64,000 nucleotides of DNA from Macrostomum lignano. Its lineage: Eukaryota. The stretch lies in assembly GCA_002269645.1 (NCBI GenBank), contig NIVC01001373.1, forward strand, positions 186,001 through 250,000, given 5' to 3'. The notes under the pieces were generated by a model that worked only from the letters and a program-made list of their open reading frames with translations, did not search any database and was not told where the DNA came from. A program made the translations under genes and the position numbers. Positions 57,176 through 64,000 of the stretch are shown here, in pieces (position 1 is the stretch's first letter; every line of letters starts with the position of its first letter).

Positions 57176-57909
57176 CTACCCGAAACTTTTAATTAAGTCA
57201 GGATTTGCTATACGTGTGCTCGAAAACCAATTCACACGCTGAGAATGAAACAGGATAAAATGAGTCTACTACTATCAATGCAGACACAAGTGACAACTGG
57301 ATTCAATCGTGCACAGATAAGAACAGGCAGACAGCCGCAGACTGCTCAAACAGATGCAGTCGTTAAGATAAGCCACGCAGGCCCTTCTGCTTCAGGACGA
57401 ACCAAGGAGAGAAATGGCTGCTGCCAGACAGAGCAGCGACAGGCCACGGCAAGGAGTTGCATGCCAATTTGCCGCAATGACAAGCCCCGCAGGCCCACTG
57501 TGCCCACACCGAGCGCTGACTCAGCTCTCTCTGTTCGGCGCATGGCAACTAAAAACACTCATATTGAGTTTTTTCATAAGCTGAATAATTCCAGTGTAAA
57601 TTTTATTACGATCTCTCTGGTCAAACAATCGACTACCTTGATTAGCAAAGCGGGCTCTCACCCCCGACCCCCATATTATAGAATATAGTAGCTGCTATCG
57701 GGGCCGCCCTGCTGCTCTGATATGCAGGTTGGAGTCTTTCGGGTCCTGGCAAAGCATTGAACTTGTTGAGTAGAACGAGATTCCCGGTGCCCGTGTTTAG
57801 ATAAGATTTTTTACAGCAAATAGTAGCTTTGAGAGCTTCTATCTTTTGAATTTTAACAGTAGCAACAACTAGAGACAAATTTCACAAATGTATGTTCCGA
57901 TAGTTGAGG

Positions 57910-58440
57910 CTCGGGGCGACTTTGCGGGGAGATTCTGTGCTAGGGGCGATTTTTAATGGGAGATTCCCTGCAAGGGGCGATTTTTTATAGTAGAGTCCCT
58001 GCTAGGGGCGATTTTTAATGGGAGATTCTCTGCAAGGGGCGATTTTTTATGGGATATTCCCTACCAGGGACGGTTTTTATGGGATATTCCCTGCCAGGGA
58101 CGATTTTTTATGGGAAATTCCCTGCCAGGGACGATTTTTTAGGAGATTCTCAGGCGATTTTGTGGGAGATTCTCTGCTAGGGCGATTACGCGTAGGATAT
58201 TCTCCGCTAAGGGCGATTTTTTATGGGAGATTCCCTGCTAGGGGCGATTTTTAATGGGAGATTTCCTGCCAAGGGCGATTCTTATGGGAGATTCTCTGCT
58301 AGGGGGAGATTTTTTATGGGAGATTCTCTGATAGGGGCGATTTTTTATGGGAGATTCTCTGCTAGGGGGCGATTTGTGGGGGAGATTCTCTGCTAGGGGC
58401 GATTTGTATGGGAGATTCTCTGGTATAGGCGATTTTGTAT
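57910..58440. repeat. ~31-bp degenerate minisatellite
   Basis: gggagattctctgctaggggcgatttttat variants. Confidence 0.9.
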
Positions 58441-59594
58441 AAGAGTACTCTGTTCTAGGAGTACACTGTACTGTACTCTGTGCTGTACTGTACTAGGAGT
58501 ACACGGAGCCCTTTTGCAGTATTGCTTTGGCGTCCCTGACCCTGACGCCGACTCAACAAATAAAACTAAATGAGGCCCTCTGAATAAAAGTGGCGCCCCT
58601 CAGCCGACATGGCGCGCCCCACAGCAATAAAAATGCATTGGTAGGCAGTGGGTGGGTGCTTTCCTACATGTCAAAGACATACAGATTTCGAACCATCCAG
58701 CGAGACAGCTCAGCTATATAATAAACAAATAAGCCGCACAAGTCAGCTCAAATCTATAAGTGAATCGGACTGGGGCGCGGGGCAACTCCCGAAATTTGAT
58801 GCGGGAAGTCAAGGAGGCTCAGAATCAGGACTTGGAGTAGTTGCTACTCTTCCCTTACCCTCCCCCTCGAATTTTCAGACAATTCGAGGCCGACATAATC
58901 TTTTTTACTTCATCATAACTTCATGAGAGGGTGAGAGATGATGAGAGGTTTTTGGAATCACCTGCGGTTTGAATCACCTATTTATGTCATTCCTCATATT
59001 CAGACTATGCGCTGAAGTATGGTGAAATGGCGAAATTGAAACCGCGAGTCAGTCTTCCGCCCCCAATCCAGGTGCCCTCTATGCGAGCTCCTTGTCCGGC
59101 AGTCCCGGATTCGGGACACGAGAATTTCCCCGATCTTGACTACCATCTGTCGTTGGGAAAAGGCATCTATTTATTACTATAGTAGCAACCAACTGAAGGC
59201 TGCGGGCCAGCGTGGGAAATGCGATGAGCTTGTCAGGCGGGTGATTTATTGCTCTAATAACCAGCCCCTACTCAAATTGTTGTGCCTGTTATTCTATAAA
59301 CAGAACACAACAGAGCTGCGCCACTTAAACAGCTCAATCCACTGTATCCAAACTGGAGGGGCGACCAGACACTAAGGATGTCGTCAGATCGGAATTCGAT
59401 TGAGTTTTTTAACAACATTAGTAGATTACTCAAGAACAGCGGCACAACAGAGATGAATTGGGACCTGATTTCAAATTTATATCCATCGTTTGAAGCCGTA
59501 GATTTTATATACGCTCGTTGTAATGCAAGCCAAATGGTAAAAGTGAGATGCAGCGAGGGAACCACAGATCGGAAAGATAGGGAGTGATCACAGC

Positions 59595-59629
59595 CACAGA
59601 CAGACAGACAGACAGACAGACGGACACTA

Positions 59630-59699
<70 letters not shown>

Positions 59700-59701
59700 T
59701 A

Positions 59702-59734
<33 letters not shown>

Positions 59735-59735
59735 C

Positions 59736-59814
<79 letters not shown>

Positions 59815-59910
59815 CACAGACAGACAGACAGACACTAAGACAGACAGACAGACAGACAGACACTAAGACAGACAGACAGACAATAAGACAGGCAGGCAGA
59901 CAGGCAGACA
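59595..59910. repeat. (CAGA)n microsatellite
   Basis: Direct observation. Confidence 0.97.
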
Positions 59911-60479
59911 GACAGAGAAACTAACAAATAAAAAGGATGCAAATATTTTAACTCAGATTAACAAAGCAAAATAGTTAAATAAAAAGTACCAGATAAGTAA
60001 TTTACGGTGTTGACAAAAGAAAAGAGGCAGTCGATTCGCGCTGAATGTAAAATTTATTTAACTTTTATTTCACCTTCACGCATCACCGATATTCACAGAC
60101 ATGAATACAAAACCAGTGATAAAAAAGCGGCACCACCAGACTCTGTGTGGTAAGAGCGAGTCAGTAGGGAAGAAATGAAATACAAAAATGCAAAAAAAAT
60201 ATACTCGTATTTGAGTCAACAGTTACGGCCAACCATTCACATGCACGCAGTACCTACTTTATTAGGCTTGACAGTAAAAACACGTACAGATACGTGACGA
60301 GTCAGCAGAAAAGCGGGTGTTTAGCTTTTTCATCGTAATTAAAAGCAGTGTTTCGCAAATGCATCAACTACTGGCAGTAGCACACAAAGGATTTTATGTA
60401 GAGTAAAAAGTCCGTCAGCGTTAATTACAAGGGGCGGCTAAAAGCAGATCCGAAAGGGGGTAATAGTGGCCAATACTAT

Positions 60480-61025
60480 GGGATCAGGGGGCGGATACTG
60501 GCGGATCAGGGGCGGATACTGGCGGATGGAAGCGGATACTGGCGGATCAGGGGCGGATACTGGCGGATCAGGGGCGGATACTGGCGGATGGGGGCGGATA
60601 CTGGCGGATCAGGGGCGGATACTGGCGGATCAGGGGCGGATACTGGCGGATCGGGGGCGGATCGGGGGGGGGGCTGATACTGGCGGATTGGGGGGCGGAT
60701 ACTGGCAGATCAGGGGAGCGGATACTAGCAGTTCAGGGGCGGATACTGGCGGTTCAGGGGGCGGATGCTGGTGGTTCAGGGGGCGGATACTGGCGGTTCA
60801 GGGGGCGGATGCTGGCGGTTCAGGGGGCGGATACTGGCGGTTCAGGGGGCGGATACTGGCGCTTCAGGGGGCGGATACTGGCGGTTCAGGGGGCGGATAC
60901 TGGCGCTTCAGGGGGCGGATACTGGCGCTTCAGGGGGCGGATACTGGCGGTTCAGGGGCGGATACTGGCGCTTCAGGGGGCGGATACTGGCGGTTCAGGG
61001 GGCGGATACTGGCGGTTCAGGGGGC
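60480..61025. repeat. 21-23 bp G-rich minisatellite abutting the LMAN2 stop codon
   Basis: Unit ggcggatactggcggatcaggg; the array edge lies within a few bases of the TGA at 61027-61029. Confidence 0.95.
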
Positions 61026-61026
61026 T

Positions 61027-62912
61027 TCAGTAGAAGCGGCTCCGCTGCCTCAGAATTCGGTATCGAGCCCAGGCCAGGCCAGTCACGCAGGCAGCAGCCG
61101 CTAGCAGGGCCAGCCAGAAGGCAGAGAGGACGCCACCGCTGTCTCCGCCGCTGGCTGCTAAATGGGCATCGGTGAGTGAGCCGGGACGCACCGAGTGCAG
61201 AGGGTCGCCGAGTTCTGAAGAGAAGTGGGAGGGTGAGAGAGGGTGAGGGAGAGGTGTAAGTGAGCTAGAAAGAATTGAGTGAAGGGTAGAGAGATTAGAC
61301 TAAACAAAAATTTTAGCCAATGCTTCGAAGACATGAATTGATTAACTTCTAATTAACTAAAATTAGAGGCATCTAAGCTACTGCAAGTAGCGCGAATGCA
61401 CAGATGAACACTCACCGCCTTTCTCCTTAGCGAGAGGGTCGATTTCCGGCACAATCTGTCTGCGAGTGCCGCTGTAGTCGTCTGGATTCAGCGTCTGGCG
61501 ATGTGGGAAAGAAATTATTCACCTGATTATTGGCTGTGACCTGGGTTTGGGTACCTTTTAGAGTGGGGCGCCTCCTCAGATAAGAGCGCCTCCTCATTTA
61601 AGGGCGCCTCATCAGAGTGGGGTGCCTCTTCGAATAAGGGTGCCTCCTCAGATAAGGGTGCCTCCTCAGATAAGGGCGCCTCCTCAGATAAGGGCGCCTC
61701 CTCAGATAAGGGCGCCTCCTCAGATAAGGGCGCCTCCTCAGATAAGGGCACCTCCTCAGATAAGGGCACCTCCTCAGATAAGGGCACCTCCTCAGATAAG
61801 GAAGGGCACCTCCTCAGATAAGGGCACCTACTCAGATAAGGGCACCTCCTCAGATAAGGGCACCTCCTCAGATAAGGGCACCTCCTCAGATAAGGGCACC
61901 TCCTCAGATAAGGGCGCCTCCTCAGATAAGGGCGCCTCCTCAGATAAGGGCGCCTCATCAGAGAAAGACGCTTCATCAGAGTTGGCGCCTCGTCAGAGTG
62001 GGGCGCCTTCTCAACAGTGGGAGCCTCCCTCCTCAGTAGGGCGCCGCTCCCTCCAAGCCAGCAGAGTCACGAACTCAACGCACCGACTCAACTTCGTAGA
62101 CCTTAGCCGCCAGAATTTCGTGATTGTCAACCAGTTCGCCCGTCATAGCGCTCAGCCCGAACATCAGGTGAGTTGGCAGGCGGACGCCTCGGACGCGAAA
62201 GCAAATCCGCCAGATGCCCGGCTCGGAGGTGCCGCCCCAGCCGTCGCCTTCATCGTCGGTAACTTTAGTGTAGACGGTCAAAACGTCGTCGACGTAGCGA
62301 ACGGCGAGGTGCGTCTCGCCCTGGCGATTGCGGAAACTGCAATAAGAAATTCATAATAAACTTGTCGATATCGGTTGTTGAATATTCCAATGACTCTACT
62401 GATATAAGCCATATAAGTAGTGCTACTAGCGCATGCGCGAGAAATTAGTAAAAAAAACAGAAAAAATAGAGTGAAGCATTACTTCACTGTGCAGCCGGCC
62501 GGTTCCTTCTGTTCGCCGTCGTCATCGTGCGAAAATTCCAAACTGCCGTTGTTGACGATGGCCGATATGTAGGGGTGAAAACGGCCTTGCTCAGGGCCGT
62601 GCGCATTGCTGTAGGTGTCAAGCAGAACAGCCAGGCCACGAAATCGGCTGGGGCCACCGAACAGCGGCCCGGGGAATCCCCGGGGGAATCCCGCACCTGG
62701 GATTCCCTTGGCATCTGCATACCAGAAGGCAAAGCCGTCGCCGCAGTGACCATCAGCAGTGCCGTGGACTCGGAAGTGGACACGCACCTCCCAGTGTCGG
62801 ATGTGGACGGGCAGACGGCTGACAATGGCACCCCGCTGTGACTGCCTGTCGGCTGTCAGCTGGACAAAGTCGTCGCCAGAGATCGCAGCACTGCCAGAGA
62901 GACTCCATGAAC
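61027..62912 (-). CDS. LMAN2: L-type lectin cargo receptor VIP36/VIPL (LMAN2/LMAN2L), 5'-incomplete
   Basis: Exons 62483-62912, 62084-62336, 61416-61494 and 61027-61157 join in frame. Motifs: WEVRVHFRVHG, GDGFAFWY, GLAVLLDTYSN, HPYISAIVNNGS, MTGELVDNHEI, a TM helix and the C-terminus RQRSRFY* (compare KRFY in VIP36/VIPL). The signal-peptide exon was not located in the window. Confidence 0.93.
61560..62030. repeat. 18-bp minisatellite in an LMAN2 intron
   Basis: Unit cagataagggcgcctcct. Confidence 0.95.
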
Positions 62913-63005
62913 CTTTTGGGGATATGGAAATATAGGAAATATGGAAAGAAAAGTCTAGCGATTTATATCACACTTAGGACTGACACAAGTCACAGTGGGA
63001 TCCAT

Positions 63006-63528
63006 AAGAATTACCCGCCAAGATTTACCTGCAGTGCAATTTGCCTGTGAGTGAATTGCCCACGAGTTTTTCTGAGGTTACTGAGGTTTGCCTGCAATTC
63101 TTTTTCCTGCAGCACATTTAGCCACAGCAGATTTTGTCTGCCTTGCCTTCCCAATGCTTAGTAAGTCTTAATAAAGAGATTTACCCAATCAAAACATTTT
63201 GATAGTAACTGCATATCAAATTCATATTTTTCCTGTACCTGGTAGGTATTCAGGGGTACATGCAAGGGTACATTGGTGAGGTATTAATTTATGCATATGT
63301 TGCATTGCTTTGTCTCCAAATCTCTTTATTAAAACTTATATAGTACTAAGCATTAGGGGAGGCAATTCAGACAGAATCTTAGCTTCTATATGGCTAAATG
63401 CATTGCAGTAAAAAAGCATTGTGGGCAAACCTTGATAGAAAAAAATCTAGCAGATAATTTGCTTGTAGGTAGGGCAATTCATTTGTGAGCAAATTGCACT
63501 GCAAACAATTCTTGGTAGGGTAAATCTT
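63006..63528. repeat. Nested imperfect inverted repeats (foldback element)
   Basis: Outer arms 63006-63062 / 63472-63528 (tgcagtgcaatttgc...tgaattgccc) and inner arms 63143-63182 / 63318-63365 (aatgcttagta...taataaagagattt). Confidence 0.6.
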
Positions 63529-64000
63529 AATAGGCAATTTGCTCATAGGCAAAATACACTGTAGGCAAATCTTGGTAAGAAAAGCTTTATGGGAAAATCT
63601 CGGCAAACAATTTTTCTGCAGGCAATTCTAGTATGTCATAAATATATAGGGCATCAAACAAATGCAAATAACAATAAGTGGAGTCAATAGGATACTTAAA
63701 ATCCAAAGCAAGTTTTTTTAAAAAACTTATCAATGAAAAATAAAGTTATATTTTAATTAAATCAATAGTAATTGAAAGTCAAAATCATAGTTTAAGCACT
63801 TATAAGGCTTGATATATCAAAGTGATAGTAAATTTTGACATTATTATTAATATTATCATTCTAATGTTCAAAAAGAAAACTTTATATGATAAATTATTTC
63901 CTTTTAACACTGCGAAACAGTTTACTAAGCATAGATCATATAGTCATAGATAATTGTAAAATAAAACCAAAAAGAATAGATTTAGTGACTATTCTATTAT

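Overview
Eukaryotic (metazoan) genomic DNA. GC-rich coding exons are separated by introns and spacers largely filled with private minisatellites. This architecture resembles the flatworm Macrostomum lignano, but the species is an inference from gene style and was not verified. Five genes were reconstructed by hand from GT-AG boundaries and recognisable protein motifs: calcineurin A catalytic subunit (minus strand, 13087-27978, first exon unresolved), a Misshapen/TNIK/MINK/MAP4K4 kinase (plus, 40137-45496), molybdopterin synthase large subunit MOCS2B (plus, 50700-51927), a single-exon FLYWCH zinc-finger protein (minus, 54293-55543) and a VIP36/VIPL L-type lectin (minus, 61027-62912, 5' end not found). 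There are also two uncharacterised membrane-protein coding regions (6627-6857; 10881-11313). The AT-rich spacer between calcineurin and MAP4K holds a cluster of non-autonomous DNA transposons (two hAT, one Merlin-like, one long palindrome). Most long ORFs in the supplied track are artefacts of tandem repeats. I found no clear-cut new biological system. The best leads are a candidate 9-nt microexon in calcineurin, a Merlin-like element with a 7-bp TSD, locally nucleated intron-specific minisatellites, possible spliced-leader-dependent 5' ends, and a PY-rich tail-anchored microprotein.
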